Virus record (IMG/VR): IMGVR_UViG_3300030616_000018
DNA: 64,000 nt
From: an uncultured virus (IMG/VR IMGVR_UViG_3300030616_000018)
Lineage: Duplodnaviria; Heunggongvirae; Uroviricota; Caudoviricetes
Direction: 5' to 3' (one strand)
Below the pieces are notes generated by a model. That model was not told the DNA's origin. It saw only the letters and a program-made list of their open reading frames with translations, and did no database searches. Below are positions 1 through 9,689 of the stretch, piece by piece (positions within the stretch are counted from its first letter, which is position 1; every line of letters starts with the position of its first letter). Made by a program: the position numbers and the translations under genes.

Positions 1-915
1 ACTTTGTATATTAACACCACCAGCACCATCTATATTCACAGAACTATCACTATAAATATTACATGTTCCTGTAACAGAAATATTACAATCTCCGTCAACT
101 TCAAGAGTCATATCGTCTACAACAGATCTATCATAACTACCTTCTATATTATCAATTTTATCACCAACAGTTGTAAGATGATGCTCTCCATGAACATTTT
201 CTTTACGATCCTTATAAACGATTTTATCTTCATTTTGAACAACATTAACTGTTCTATTACCACCAACTGCTAGATCTTCATTTTCTGCAATATTAGCTTT
301 TCTATTCTTCTTAACGAGAAGACTTTTATCTCCATCAATCTGTTTATTATCATCAAGTTTTATACGAACACGACGATTGTCCCTAGTCCAAATATGAATG
401 CCTGATTCATCTATTCGATAGACTGTTCTTCGTTCTGGACTCTCATCACGATTATATACTAAATAAATAGTGTTTGGCTCTTTTTCAGTCTCTTCATTAA
501 CATAGAATATGTTAAATTTTTTTGGTGTCTTAAATATAATATATTGTTCGTCCCTATCTAGAACTGCAGGTTTAACTGTTCTTCCATCTTGAGCTTCATT
601 ATCGGTATTATCATCAGCATCAGAAATTATACGATTAATGTACCCAGAACTATAATCATTACTATAAAATTTGACTATTACTTTGGTACCTGCATGTAAA
701 GGATAATAGCTGCCATATTCCCCATTGTCTGATGGTGTGATCCTCCAAGCATGAACTTGGTTCTTACACCATATTCCTTTATCTTCAGTAAGATGTTGCA
801 TTATCTCAGGCAAGTGAACTTTATAACGACCCATTTGTCTAGGGTCTGGTTCGCCTAAAATAGTACCAATAAATTCTTTCTCAATGAGGGATTCTAAAAT
901 ATCTAATTCGCTCAT
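1..915 (-). CDS. gp5/VgrG-like baseplate central spike protein (runs off the left edge, partial)
   Basis: Not in the ORF track; translated by hand from ATG 915: MSELDILESLIEKEFIGTILGEPDPRQMGRYKVHLPE...W...GSYYPLHAGTKVIVKF (gp5 OB-fold pattern), ending in beta-helix-like repeats (LEVDGDCNISVTGTCNIYSDSSVNIDG). Confidence 0.75.
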   Translation of the reverse strand, partial: MSELDILESLIEKEFIGTILGEPDPRQMGRYKVHLPEIMQHLTEDKGIWCKNQVHAWRITPSDNGEYGSYYPLHAGTKVIVKFYSNDYSSGYINRIISDADDNTDNEAQDGRTVKPAVLDRDEQYIIFKTPKKFNIFYVNEETEKEPNTIYLVYNRDESPERRTVYRIDESGIHIWTRDNRRVRIKLDDNKQIDGDKSLLVKKNRKANIAENEDLAVGGNRTVNVVQNEDKIVYKDRKENVHGEHHLTTVGDKIDNIEGSYDRSVVDDMTLEVDGDCNISVTGTCNIYSDSSVNIDGAGGVNIQS

Positions 916-919
916 AGTA

Positions 920-1258
920 TTATCCTTCGTATGCACCTAATTCTTTTAATATCTCATTAACCTTTTCAGCGATAACATCTTCATACTGTATACCAATCTG
1001 ATAATCTCCTCCGGCACCACCTGCAGTTACAGGTACCTTCTGACACCACACTACTTTAGCTGCAAACAAGTGATGTGTGCCTTCAAGTGAAAACTGTATC
1101 ATATCATCCACTTGAAATAATTGATCGACCATCAATGACATACCTCCATGGCATATATTTGAACTTTTAGCCACTCTTATAGACGTGCCATCTCCAAAAA
1201 CATATGTCACATCAATAGCATACTGATATCGATCAACTTCTCTTCTATCATCACTCAT
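920..1258 (-). CDS. PilZ domain protein (c-di-GMP receptor) 1
   Basis: DRREVDR (RxxxR), SNICHGGM, AKVVWC, YQIGIQY; start set at ATG 1258 after AGGAGA. Confidence 0.8.
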   Translation of the reverse strand: MSDDRREVDRYQYAIDVTYVFGDGTSIRVAKSSNICHGGMSLMVDQLFQVDDMIQFSLEGTHHLFAAKVVWCQKVPVTAGGAGGDYQIGIQYEDVIAEKVNEILKELGAYEG

Positions 1259-1384
1259 GAAATATTCTCCTAATATGATCAAAGAGTTCGATGTCAATCC
1301 ATCCAAAATCATTTGCCACAAGTAATAACATGATTACTATACTAATAATTAAAACACTTGATACTACTTGATAAGTGGTTTGCT

Positions 1385-1966
1385 TCATTGTACACCCTCT
1401 GCTCTCTCCATCTTTATCTTATCTATTTCTATTTGAACCATTTTGCTCAAGTATTTTTTTAAAGACTTCCAACATTCTCTATCATTATTCTCTGGATCAA
1501 TACCTTTTTTATGTTTATCACCATCATTAGCTTTCCATCCGTCATCTTTACTAGGTATCAATGAATAGTTACCTTCTGTCTTATTAGGGATAAATACGAA
1601 ACAACCATTATTCTCTCCACTAAATCGACTTAATTTTTTATATTGGCCTTTCACAATATGACCAGCATAACCACTTACTAATTGACACCGAAAGTAAAAT
1701 ACTGGGTTCTCCCAGTCACCACCAGCTTGATGTAACCTACAATTAAACTTGCATTCTGTATGATCCCATTGATTCTGTGGAATAATTATTATTTTTTCCT
1801 GTCTATGATAAGTATCATCATTTTCTTGATCGAACCATATTTTAAAATCTTTCTTAGCTTGGACAGTTATATCTCTCCACATTCTACTTGCTAATTGATC
1901 ATAATGAAAGAACTGTGGTTTAAGTTTCTTTATTGCTTCATATAAATAAATCATCAGAGACACCAT
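1385..1966 (-). CDS. hypothetical phage protein with N-terminal tag variant (MVSLMIYLYE)
   Basis: 193-aa ORF in minus-strand operon. Confidence 0.6.
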   Translation of the reverse strand: MVSLMIYLYEAIKKLKPQFFHYDQLASRMWRDITVQAKKDFKIWFDQENDDTYHRQEKIIIIPQNQWDHTECKFNCRLHQAGGDWENPVFYFRCQLVSGYAGHIVKGQYKKLSRFSGENNGCFVFIPNKTEGNYSLIPSKDDGWKANDGDKHKKGIDPENNDRECWKSLKKYLSKMVQIEIDKIKMERAEGVQ

Positions 1967-2170
1967 TCAGAAGTCTGTTAACTCTTGTAACTTCTTTCCT
2001 AATTCGCGTACACAGTTATTATCATATGGATACATAGTGATTTGTACTTCTCCAAGACTTAACACTAATACTTTTCTATGATCTACAGTCTCTCGTATCC
2101 AAGCTGATAAATCATGGAAACCTATATTATTGTTTCTCTTACCAGATACTCTTATTTCCATAATGATCAC
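1967..2170 (-). CDS. hypothetical protein
   Basis: 67-aa ORF abutting both neighbours. Confidence 0.5.
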   Translation of the reverse strand: MIIMEIRVSGKRNNNIGFHDLSAWIRETVDHRKVLVLSLGEVQITMYPYDNNCVRELGKKLQELTDF

Positions 2171-2658
2171 ATTTGGAAGATTGTCCCTCCAGCTAAACCG
2201 CCTTTGGTAATTTCTTCTTCAGTCTTCCATCTCCTAAGTATTCCTTTAATTTTAGAAACAACATATCCAAGAGATATCCCACCAGCAATAGCACCTAATA
2301 ATGCTAACGCAATCGCAGGTCCTAAAGTTAACCCAGCCATCCCAGCCTTTGCAGTGGCAACTAGACCGCCAGAAACAGCACCAGCAGCACCTCCTTGAAT
2401 CCAACCAATTCGTTGTCCTACTTTCTGAGATGCTAAAAGATATGCTCTAACTTTAGGGTCATCTAAAAGAGTTGTCATTTCTTGTCTTTCAAATGTTTTT
2501 ATTTTACCCTTCTTTACAATCTTTTGGCTTAATGTTATAAACCTTTTAATTGTAGGGTCTTTAATCATTCGATTCATTTCTGGGACCTTAGGAACTTCAG
2601 ATTCAGCAATAACCTCTTCGCATATTGCAAGTCCTAAGTAATAATGATTACTATCCAT
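2167..2658 (-). CDS. glycine-zipper membrane/virion protein, paralog of 44823-45335
   Basis: GGAAGAVSGGLV...GAIAGG hydrophobic segment; shares DP..F..LS, LL.D..V..Y and RW..E..I with 44823-45335. Confidence 0.6.
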   Translation of the reverse strand: MDSNHYYLGLAICEEVIAESEVPKVPEMNRMIKDPTIKRFITLSQKIVKKGKIKTFERQEMTTLLDDPKVRAYLLASQKVGQRIGWIQGGAAGAVSGGLVATAKAGMAGLTLGPAIALALLGAIAGGISLGYVVSKIKGILRRWKTEEEITKGGLAGGTIFQM

Positions 2659-2659
2659 T

Positions 2660-3163
2660 TTAATATCTCCTAGTATTCACTTTAGGTACATTCCTATGTG
2701 TATTAGCGAAAGCCATTCCAGGAGGAACATTCTTATTCATTTGATTGAGGCCCGTTGCTGATGCTTTATCTCCAAATTGCCCTACACTTTTATTCTGTCT
2801 CATTTTGTCGATATTAAAACCAACATTCTGACTTTTATCAGGCATACTCATAAACGCCCCACGACCTCTCAAATCAGCCCTCCTTATATTTATTTTTTTT
2901 GCTAGAGGTATTTGAGTCTGGTTAATAGGAACTTGGAATTTAGCTCCGCCACCTTTTAATGCTTGAACATTAGATATTACTTCCGACATATTAATCATTG
3001 TCTTCCTCTTATTTTTTAAAAGAGTAGTTGTACTATTACCGGATCTAAGATTCCTATCTATAATCTTTTGATAACCTGGGGAAACCACACCTACCGGTGG
3101 TTGGGCAGGTGTGGCGCTCCAAGTTTCTCTGAAATAACTAACTAGAGAAATCATTTGTATCAT
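2660..3163 (-). CDS. basic low-complexity protein with N-terminal tag (MISLVSYFRE), putative capsid internal protein
   Basis: K/R/N-rich, tag variant. Confidence 0.5.
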   Translation of the reverse strand: MIQMISLVSYFRETWSATPAQPPVGVVSPGYQKIIDRNLRSGNSTTTLLKNKRKTMINMSEVISNVQALKGGGAKFQVPINQTQIPLAKKINIRRADLRGRGAFMSMPDKSQNVGFNIDKMRQNKSVGQFGDKASATGLNQMNKNVPPGMAFANTHRNVPKVNTRRY

Positions 3164-3166
3164 CCA

Positions 3167-3778
3167 TTAGGCCTGTGCAGCCTCTTCAGCAGTTTTAGCT
3201 TCTTCTAATTTTTTCCTTGCAACTTCAACGGCAGATTTTAAAGGTGTTTCATCATCACCCTGTTGCATATCTGCTAACGCCTGTTCTGCTTCTTCTAAAT
3301 TCATCTCAGCGACTTCACGATCAACTCTGAGTTCCGCTAACTCTTTAACTTTCTTTTTTGTAATTGGTACCTCTTCTGCTGGGGGTGGTTCCGGAATCGG
3401 AGCAGGTTCTGGAGGAATTGGAGTCGTAGCAACAGCTTTCGCAACCTTTTTAATAGCTTCAACAGCTTTCTCAGCATAATCAGCAGGTCGTGATTTAATT
3501 GCACCTTTTAAAGCATCAATACCAGCTCTTGAAATCATAATAGATTTCTTCGGAGCAAGTCTACCCCAAATCGCTACACACTCAGATTCTTCTCCAGTCA
3601 TACCACATATAGCAGTTTGCCAATGAGCATCTGGGTTATCGAGAATATTGCTAAGTTCATCTACTCCTGCTTCCGACAACAAAACTTCCCGGTTGTTGAG
3701 TACAACTCCTGCGGCTAAAACTATGCAACCTTTTGATTGTTCATGAGTTAATGCACAAATACCATCTCTGTAATCCAT
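3167..3778 (-). CDS. hypothetical protein (Pro-rich linker, C-terminal coiled coil)
   Basis: 203-aa ORF with AGGAGA RBS. Confidence 0.65.
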   Translation of the reverse strand: MDYRDGICALTHEQSKGCIVLAAGVVLNNREVLLSEAGVDELSNILDNPDAHWQTAICGMTGEESECVAIWGRLAPKKSIMISRAGIDALKGAIKSRPADYAEKAVEAIKKVAKAVATTPIPPEPAPIPEPPPAEEVPITKKKVKELAELRVDREVAEMNLEEAEQALADMQQGDDETPLKSAVEVARKKLEEAKTAEEAAQA

Positions 3779-3974
3779 AATACTTCTCCTTAACGTTTAA
3801 TTTCATTTGAGAAAGTCGATAATAAAATCAAATTCTCCATCATGGTACAAATCGCGACACATGTACCATATAGCTATCAACATAATAATTAATGCAATAA
3901 TGTCAGATATCCATTTCTTTTTACCAATTTTTTTATAAATCTTTTCTAACTCACGCTCTCGATCTTTGTTCATT

Positions 3975-4964
3975 TTAATACATCTTTGGTATCGCCTTTG
4001 TATCGAAGTCTACCTTATTCAGATATTTAATCATTGCTGCTTCGACAGTTTTATGTAACTTGTCTGAAATCATAGCAGTCCTTGGAAACAACCCTGAAGG
4101 ATATCTAGCTAGAACAATGAATCCAATAAAAAGATCTAATGAACCTATAAGACTGTAAAACCCTGATGTTGAAAGTATTTTTAAAAGATTCATAATAATA
4201 TTATTAGGGCTACCTGTATAAATCTTGAAATCAACTAATAGTTTTCCTACATCTTGTATTGTACTGTATTTAGATGTCGCCTCTAATTTAGGCACCATTT
4301 CATTTAAAACTTCTTGATCGACAATTTTAGTGTAATTTCTTTTAAGGAAACTAATAGCAGATAGATGTCGCTGTTGTAGATAATGACGGTGAAATATATA
4401 GATACAAACTATCTTGATCACCTCTTTTTGCTTATCATTGTATACAGCGCCCTTTCCTAACGATCTTAGAAATATTTGATTTAAGTAAAGTACTAGATTT
4501 CTATGGAGTTCTTTATCTTTCTGAATCTCATCTTTATGTGATAGAACTCCAGCTCGTATAAGGCTGTAGTATACAGCATAAATACAATCGTCAATTCTTT
4601 GGGTTTCCCCTGTATTTAAATCAATTTCTAGATCACTTGAATCTATAACAATCCCAGCAACTTTATCCGTCTTGTTTAATAAAAGTCTACTGAATATAGC
4701 GGGTGTCTTTGATTTAGATATCCCTATAAATACTAACCCTTTATTAAACACAAAATCAACCATTCGTTTAACGTTATTACCGGATAGCTTTGACAAGAAT
4801 AATTTAAAATCTTCATTGAATCTTACATAAATTTTTTTATTTTCTTCATCCTTATCAAACCAAACGATATTAAATTCTTCTCTTTTTAAAGCATTATTGA
4901 CCGGGGAAAAAGCGTAATGCTGAACCGGAAAGCTGTTAGTCAACTTCTTGGATGGTTTTATCAT
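3975..4964 (-). CDS. hypothetical phage protein
   Basis: 329-aa ORF with AAGGAG RBS. Confidence 0.7.
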   Translation of the reverse strand: MIKPSKKLTNSFPVQHYAFSPVNNALKREEFNIVWFDKDEENKKIYVRFNEDFKLFLSKLSGNNVKRMVDFVFNKGLVFIGISKSKTPAIFSRLLLNKTDKVAGIVIDSSDLEIDLNTGETQRIDDCIYAVYYSLIRAGVLSHKDEIQKDKELHRNLVLYLNQIFLRSLGKGAVYNDKQKEVIKIVCIYIFHRHYLQQRHLSAISFLKRNYTKIVDQEVLNEMVPKLEATSKYSTIQDVGKLLVDFKIYTGSPNNIIMNLLKILSTSGFYSLIGSLDLFIGFIVLARYPSGLFPRTAMISDKLHKTVEAAMIKYLNKVDFDTKAIPKMY

Positions 4965-5002
4965 CGAACAGACTCCTTTTAGTTTTTAATATTTACCAAT
5001 AA

Positions 5003-5014
5003 TATATAGAAATA
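5003..5014 (+). promoter_or_regulatory. conserved phage promoter-like motif TATATAGAAATA
   Basis: Same motif precedes most plus-strand units; here upstream of the AAA/vWA pair. Confidence 0.55.
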
Positions 5015-5029
5015 TTACTAATGAGTTAC

Positions 5030-5371
5030 CTAGTAACTTAATAGACTTTCTATTTGGTACCGATAAGGTGCTATTATAAGTCTGTCGACGAATCTTTCAG
5101 GAACAAACTCAAAAATAGACTTTACATTGTTTACTATAAGAATGACTTGATAAATGTATGGTTCACCATATTGATCATTACAAAACACCTCAGGCCGCAT
5201 GAACCATTTCTCATTATTAAATATTATGTAGTCAGAATTGTCTTGAAGAATTTCAATGTTATTAAAAAATACATTCTGATGTATTGGCTTTTTGAATTCA
5301 TTAATCATCCTAGTTTTGATACTCGGGAAAGATCTAAAGTATTTGAGTAAATCAGTTTCTTGGTTTTCCAT
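5030..5371 (-). CDS. T4 gp53-like baseplate wedge protein (LysM-like)
   Basis: MRPEVFCNDQYGEPYIYQVILIVNN fits the RPE...YG...W/Y.IL..N pattern of gp53. Confidence 0.6.
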   Translation of the reverse strand: MENQETDLLKYFRSFPSIKTRMINEFKKPIHQNVFFNNIEILQDNSDYIIFNNEKWFMRPEVFCNDQYGEPYIYQVILIVNNVKSIFEFVPERFVDRLIIAPYRYQIESLLSY

Positions 5372-5403
5372 TTTATTTTACCTTATTAACCAGAAAGGAG
5401 AGA

Positions 5404-6657
5404 GTGGCTATGGTAAGTGAAGAGTTAGCAAAAAACAGTATGCCGTTAAATGATGTTGTAAATGATCTAATGGTTTTCAATTGTGTGTTACAAACGGCAG
5501 GTGACCAGTTTGCTTTAAAGAGAGGTGGCGTCGCTATCCCTTATGTCATCAGCCAACCTGGTGCTGGTAAAACAGCATCATTTGTAGATCTTTGTATGCG
5601 TCTGGGATGGGGATTAATCGTCGTACATCTTGCTATGAAACCTATAGAAGAACTCGGCGGTATTCCAGACTTTAGAGACATTGAAATCAATGGAGAGAAG
5701 TTTCCAGGTACGGTATGGTCTATTCCTGACCTAATCGGACAATTATACCAAATGGAAGCAAAGAACCTCCCCGGTGTGTTTTTATGTTTCGATGATATCC
5801 ACCTTTGTGGTTCAACATATCTAGGATTAATGCAAGAGTTCTTTACAGAAAGAACTATGCGTGGATACAAAGTCCCAGACAGTGTTGCAATTTGTCTGTT
5901 TGGTAACAGCACAAATAAAGCGGGTGCTAAAGTTCTTTCATCTGCAATAACAAATAGATGTTGTATGTTACCCATTGTAGCAGATTATGAATCATGGAGA
6001 AAGAATTTTGCACTTGGTAACTTAGCAGAAACCCCAAAGTTGGGATTTGACCCTGCGAAACTTAGATTGTTAGCCCAACAAATTACTCGAGTTCACCCTG
6101 CAGTTACTTCGTTCTTAGGAAGAGATAGCTATGCTAAATTCTTTCATGAAGAAGAACAAGTGGACTCTCCTTGGGCCAGTCCTCGATCTTGGACTAGATT
6201 TTCTAATTGGCTTTTTGCCTATGAGCTTGTCCATGGAAGAATCATGGAGGATCATTACGCATTATATTTGGGAACTGGGCATGTTGGGAAAGAAGCAGCT
6301 AGCGAGTTTGTGAAATATTATAAGATCTTTTCGAAGTTTGATATTCCACATATACTCAATACTGTTGATGCTTACATACTTCCTACATCACCAGTTGATC
6401 AATATGCGTTAGCATATGCGGTTACAAGTCACTACTGTAATGATAAGAACCGCAAGAATATTGTTGGAAGCTTCGCTAAATTTATTCTCAAATATTTTGA
6501 TAACCTACCAGATTTAGCATTAATGGTCGTAAGAGAAATTCTTGATACTGAGAATATCGTCAACAAGAGAACTCTCTATATTGATCTCACAACAGAATTA
6601 AACGCTCTACGTCCTGGCGTAACGTATAATCTTCTCAAAGATGTAAATGATGCGTAA
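5404..6657 (+). CDS. MoxR-like AAA+ ATPase
   Basis: Walker A SQPGAGKT, Walker B LCFDDIH, sensor GN, SAITNR arginine finger, SPRSW motif. Confidence 0.85.
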   Translation: MAMVSEELAKNSMPLNDVVNDLMVFNCVLQTAGDQFALKRGGVAIPYVISQPGAGKTASFVDLCMRLGWGLIVVHLAMKPIEELGGIPDFRDIEINGEKFPGTVWSIPDLIGQLYQMEAKNLPGVFLCFDDIHLCGSTYLGLMQEFFTERTMRGYKVPDSVAICLFGNSTNKAGAKVLSSAITNRCCMLPIVADYESWRKNFALGNLAETPKLGFDPAKLRLLAQQITRVHPAVTSFLGRDSYAKFFHEEEQVDSPWASPRSWTRFSNWLFAYELVHGRIMEDHYALYLGTGHVGKEAASEFVKYYKIFSKFDIPHILNTVDAYILPTSPVDQYALAYAVTSHYCNDKNRKNIVGSFAKFILKYFDNLPDLALMVVREILDTENIVNKRTLYIDLTTELNALRPGVTYNLLKDVNDA

Positions 6658-6666
6658 GGAGAATTT

Positions 6667-8016
6667 ATGAACCCACTTGTCGCTAAGAAAGTACAGAACG
6701 CACGAATAAAGTTATTTAAAAAATCTGACGGTCTGAATTTCTTTGGTGCATGTTCTTATATGTTTGACTGGGACATTCATTCAATGCCCGGGAGAAACGC
6801 AGAAGGATATGTACTATTCAACAAAGATACTTTTAAACATGAGGATGGAACTATCCATGTTAACCTAGATATGGTCATGCTAGACAATTATACTCATATA
6901 AATTTAGCATACATTGTGTGTCATGAATTACTCCACATACTTGGAAAACACGGTGTCAGAAAAGGTCAAAGAGACCATGACATCTGGTGTGTAGCTTGTG
7001 ACCATACAGTTGAACGAGACCTGAAAGCATTAGCAACCTCTATCGTACCTTATGATAATTCATATCATATGTTCGATGAATTACATAGATTGAAAAATAA
7101 TTGCACAGTCGAATTTGCCTACGATTGGATCCAGAAACAAATCAAATTAGGAAACATTAAAGTAATCAGAATTCCAGGGGGAATGATTGGTGTCAGTGGA
7201 TCCGGCGGTGACTTCTTTGTCAACCCTCAAGTCGGTGGAGTCGATCAAGATAAAATTAAAAGTAATGATCAAAAGATAATTTTAACAAATGAAAAGATTG
7301 TTGCTGAAGCTCGAGCTTTACATCAAACGATGAAAGCGAAAGGTAATCAGAGTGGAAATCTGACTTCATATTTAGATAAACTACTCGCAGTGAAAATCCC
7401 TTGGGATGTTTTATTAGAAAAAGCGATCAAAACAAATGTCATACTTAAACCTAATGAACGAACATGGAGAAATCCTAACAAGTACTTTCGAGCATTAGGT
7501 TATATTCTACCCGGTACATCTTCAACAGAAGACCGAGAAGGAGTAGGTGTGATCATCTATGCAACCGATAGTTCCGGTTCAATGTCAGATGAAGAATTGA
7601 AGAAGTGCTCTAGTGTAACAGATCAAAGCTTTCAATTCTTTCGAGAGGTTTGGTTGTATGTGCATGACACGACAGTTAAACAGAGGAAGATATTTACAAA
7701 AGATGATCGTTACATGTTCATGAAATTCCTAAAGAACGAAGGTTATAAAGGAAGAGGTGGAACAAGTCACGAGGATGTATTTGAAAAGATCCAAAAACAA
7801 GCATGGGAGAACGATCAAGTTAAGAACGATTTATCTATGGTAATATGCCTAACTGATGGTTGTTCTGATATTGAAACAATGATTAAGAAAAAAGAATATC
7901 GATGGTTAAAGACAATACCAACCGTATTCGTTATATCAGGAGGGTATAACCTAAACATCGAGCAAGACAACATTAAAGTAATTTATATGGACGGTAGAGA
8001 TCCAGGTGAGGATTGA
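6667..8016 (+). CDS. putative metallopeptidase + vWA domain protein (DUF2201-like), partner of the AAA ATPase
   Basis: HELLH zincin motif, MIDAS DSSGSMS, GRGGT, LTDG. Confidence 0.85.
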   Translation: MNPLVAKKVQNARIKLFKKSDGLNFFGACSYMFDWDIHSMPGRNAEGYVLFNKDTFKHEDGTIHVNLDMVMLDNYTHINLAYIVCHELLHILGKHGVRKGQRDHDIWCVACDHTVERDLKALATSIVPYDNSYHMFDELHRLKNNCTVEFAYDWIQKQIKLGNIKVIRIPGGMIGVSGSGGDFFVNPQVGGVDQDKIKSNDQKIILTNEKIVAEARALHQTMKAKGNQSGNLTSYLDKLLAVKIPWDVLLEKAIKTNVILKPNERTWRNPNKYFRALGYILPGTSSTEDREGVGVIIYATDSSGSMSDEELKKCSSVTDQSFQFFREVWLYVHDTTVKQRKIFTKDDRYMFMKFLKNEGYKGRGGTSHEDVFEKIQKQAWENDQVKNDLSMVICLTDGCSDIETMIKKKEYRWLKTIPTVFVISGGYNLNIEQDNIKVIYMDGRDPGED

Positions 8017-8038
8017 TATTGTCCGTGATAACAACGGT

Positions 8039-8085
8039 GGCCGAACACTGGTTAATTCCGGTGCTCGGCCTCCATTATTTTTTTT
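8039..8085 (+). terminator. intrinsic terminator
   Basis: GGCCGAACACTGG/CCGGTGCTCGGCC stem, followed by a T-tract, between convergent genes. Confidence 0.65.
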
Positions 8086-8099
8086 ATGTATATATAGGT

Positions 8100-8324
8100 T
8101 TAACGTTTGCGCAAAGTATATCGCGGAACCTTATAACCCAACTTACCGCTAGGTAGTCTTTTAGGTTTATACCTATTATAAAGTCTACCTTGTTGTTCGA
8201 CCTTCTTTTCAGACTCTTTAGGATTCAAAGGTTTAATCTTTGATCCTTTTTTTGCTATGTTTGTTGAAAGAGAAGGTATAGCTTTTGGATTTCCTCTTAG
8301 AGCAAATTCTAGTATTGATATCAT
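8100..8324 (-). CDS. small basic protein with MISILE tag
   Basis: 74 aa, K/R-rich. Confidence 0.55.
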   Translation of the reverse strand: MISILEFALRGNPKAIPSLSTNIAKKGSKIKPLNPKESEKKVEQQGRLYNRYKPKRLPSGKLGYKVPRYTLRKR

Positions 8325-8336
8325 TGTGCCCTCACT

Positions 8337-8570
8337 TTAAAGTAAGGCATCTAGTACATTAAATGCGTTATCTGCACTACGAGCTTCATTAGGATATTTG
8401 CTAGCTTCAGAAGAAGAGATATTGTGTTTCTTTAAAAACTTTTCATACGCGCGTCTTCCTTTTTTTCTAGCAATGAACATCTTTATCCTTCGTTTAATAT
8501 TCGTCAGAATTCCCACTCTGATCGCTTCACGTATTATCTCTTCATTTTTCATAATAACCCTAAGACACAA
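8337..8570 (-). CDS. small basic hypothetical protein
   Basis: ORF track; real start probably MKNEEII. Confidence 0.5.
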   Translation of the reverse strand: MCLRVIMKNEEIIREAIRVGILTNIKRRIKMFIARKKGRRAYEKFLKKHNISSSEASKYPNEARSADNAFNVLDALL

Positions 8571-8610
8571 TGGGGCACATATATATAATCATATGTACCC
8601 CATCATGTGT

Positions 8611-8937
8611 TTAAAGATAATCGTTAATTCCACCTTCTTGGAGAGCTTCTCCATCAGGAACCAACGCAGACTGGGCATGAACAGCTTCGTTGATGAAGGT
8701 CATTGTGGCAACCTCAGAGAATAAACGAATATTTTTGTAGGTCTCCGGCAGATTGGCGCCCACGAACTCATCAAAATGCTCAAGGACGAAAGCCTTCAGC
8801 GTTTTACCATAATCATAGGTAGCAGCAACAGCCTCTTCGATAAGGTCATTATTCTGCTCCACGAAAACCTGCATTTCTTCACTTTCCAGGATAGTTTCTA
8901 CATAACTCTTTTGTTCTGACATTTGAAATTCCTCCAA
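8611..8937 (-). CDS. acidic protein, possible head core/scaffold component
   Basis: E-rich, many xxE motifs, followed by a hairpin at about 8560-8612. Confidence 0.5.
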   Translation of the reverse strand: MEEFQMSEQKSYVETILESEEMQVFVEQNNDLIEEAVAATYDYGKTLKAFVLEHFDEFVGANLPETYKNIRLFSEVATMTFINEAVHAQSALVPDGEALQEGGINDYL

Positions 8938-8984
8938 TTTATTTATTTGGTTGGTTGTTTAAATTGTTCTAATTATAAATACGA

Positions 8985-9431
8985 TTAACCAGGGGCTTGC
9001 TGACGCTTTCTACGAAGTTTGCTAAGGGCCCATCCACCTAAGAGAGCTCCACCAGCGGCTGCGGCCATTCCTGCAGGATTATCGTCCATACCCTGACGAA
9101 GACCTTTAGACATTGCTCCCGCTTTTTCTGAAGCATATTCACCAGCAGCACCAATTTTCTTACCTGCTGCGCTGAATCCTTTTTGGGCTGTACGTTCAAG
9201 AGATTTACCAAATCCTTCATCTCTAAATGCTTTCTCGGCACCTTCTCGACCACTTCTGGCACCCATCTTAACACCAGCAGCTCTAGCTTGAGTCATTTCT
9301 GCAGGACTATATCCACCACCAGCGCTAACCATTCCACGTTTAACTGAGTCTCTAGCGCCTCTATACCAATCGGCAGGATTATACCAAGCTTCGCGTAAGC
9401 CGTCACCAGCCCACCCAATTTGCCCCGACAA
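8985..9431 (-). CDS. Gly/Ala/basic protein segment, probably the -1 frameshift extension of 9440-9655
   Basis: TTG start buried in a hairpin with no RBS; frame is open back to the A7 run of the upstream gene. Confidence 0.6.
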   Translation of the reverse strand: MSGQIGWAGDGLREAWYNPADWYRGARDSVKRGMVSAGGGYSPAEMTQARAAGVKMGARSGREGAEKAFRDEGFGKSLERTAQKGFSAAGKKIGAAGEYASEKAGAMSKGLRQGMDDNPAGMAAAAGGALLGGWALSKLRRKRQQAPG

Positions 9432-9439
9432 AAGGTGGG

Positions 9440-9655
9440 CTACTCTTTTTTTCCTTCAGGTTCTCCAACAGCTTCCATCAAGAACTTTCGAGAAGCATCA
9501 AAATCCGCTTCACTGATAAGTCCTTCTACCTCTGTACCCGGTTCACCTGTCTTTGTCTCCACTCCTTCTTGAATAACATCAGCGCCATCCGGTTCTTCCA
9601 TGATGTTAGCCACGGACTCTTCGATAATCTTATTGACATCGTAACTCATATTCAC
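9440..9655 (-). CDS. acidic small protein ending at a slippery A AAA AAA site
   Basis: AGGAGG RBS; ends GGA AAA AAA GAG TAG followed by a hairpin. Confidence 0.65.
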   Translation of the reverse strand: MNMSYDVNKIIEESVANIMEEPDGADVIQEGVETKTGEPGTEVEGLISEADFDASRKFLMEAVGEPEGKKE

Positions 9656-9689
9656 TTCCTCCTAGTTTCATTTATATGAACCTTGGTTA

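Noticed and set aside
4..273. Plus-strand 89-aa ORF and similar antisense ORFs throughout (e.g. 2114, 5541, 19169, 43072, 62513)
   Set aside because: They are shadows of well-supported genes on the opposite strand.
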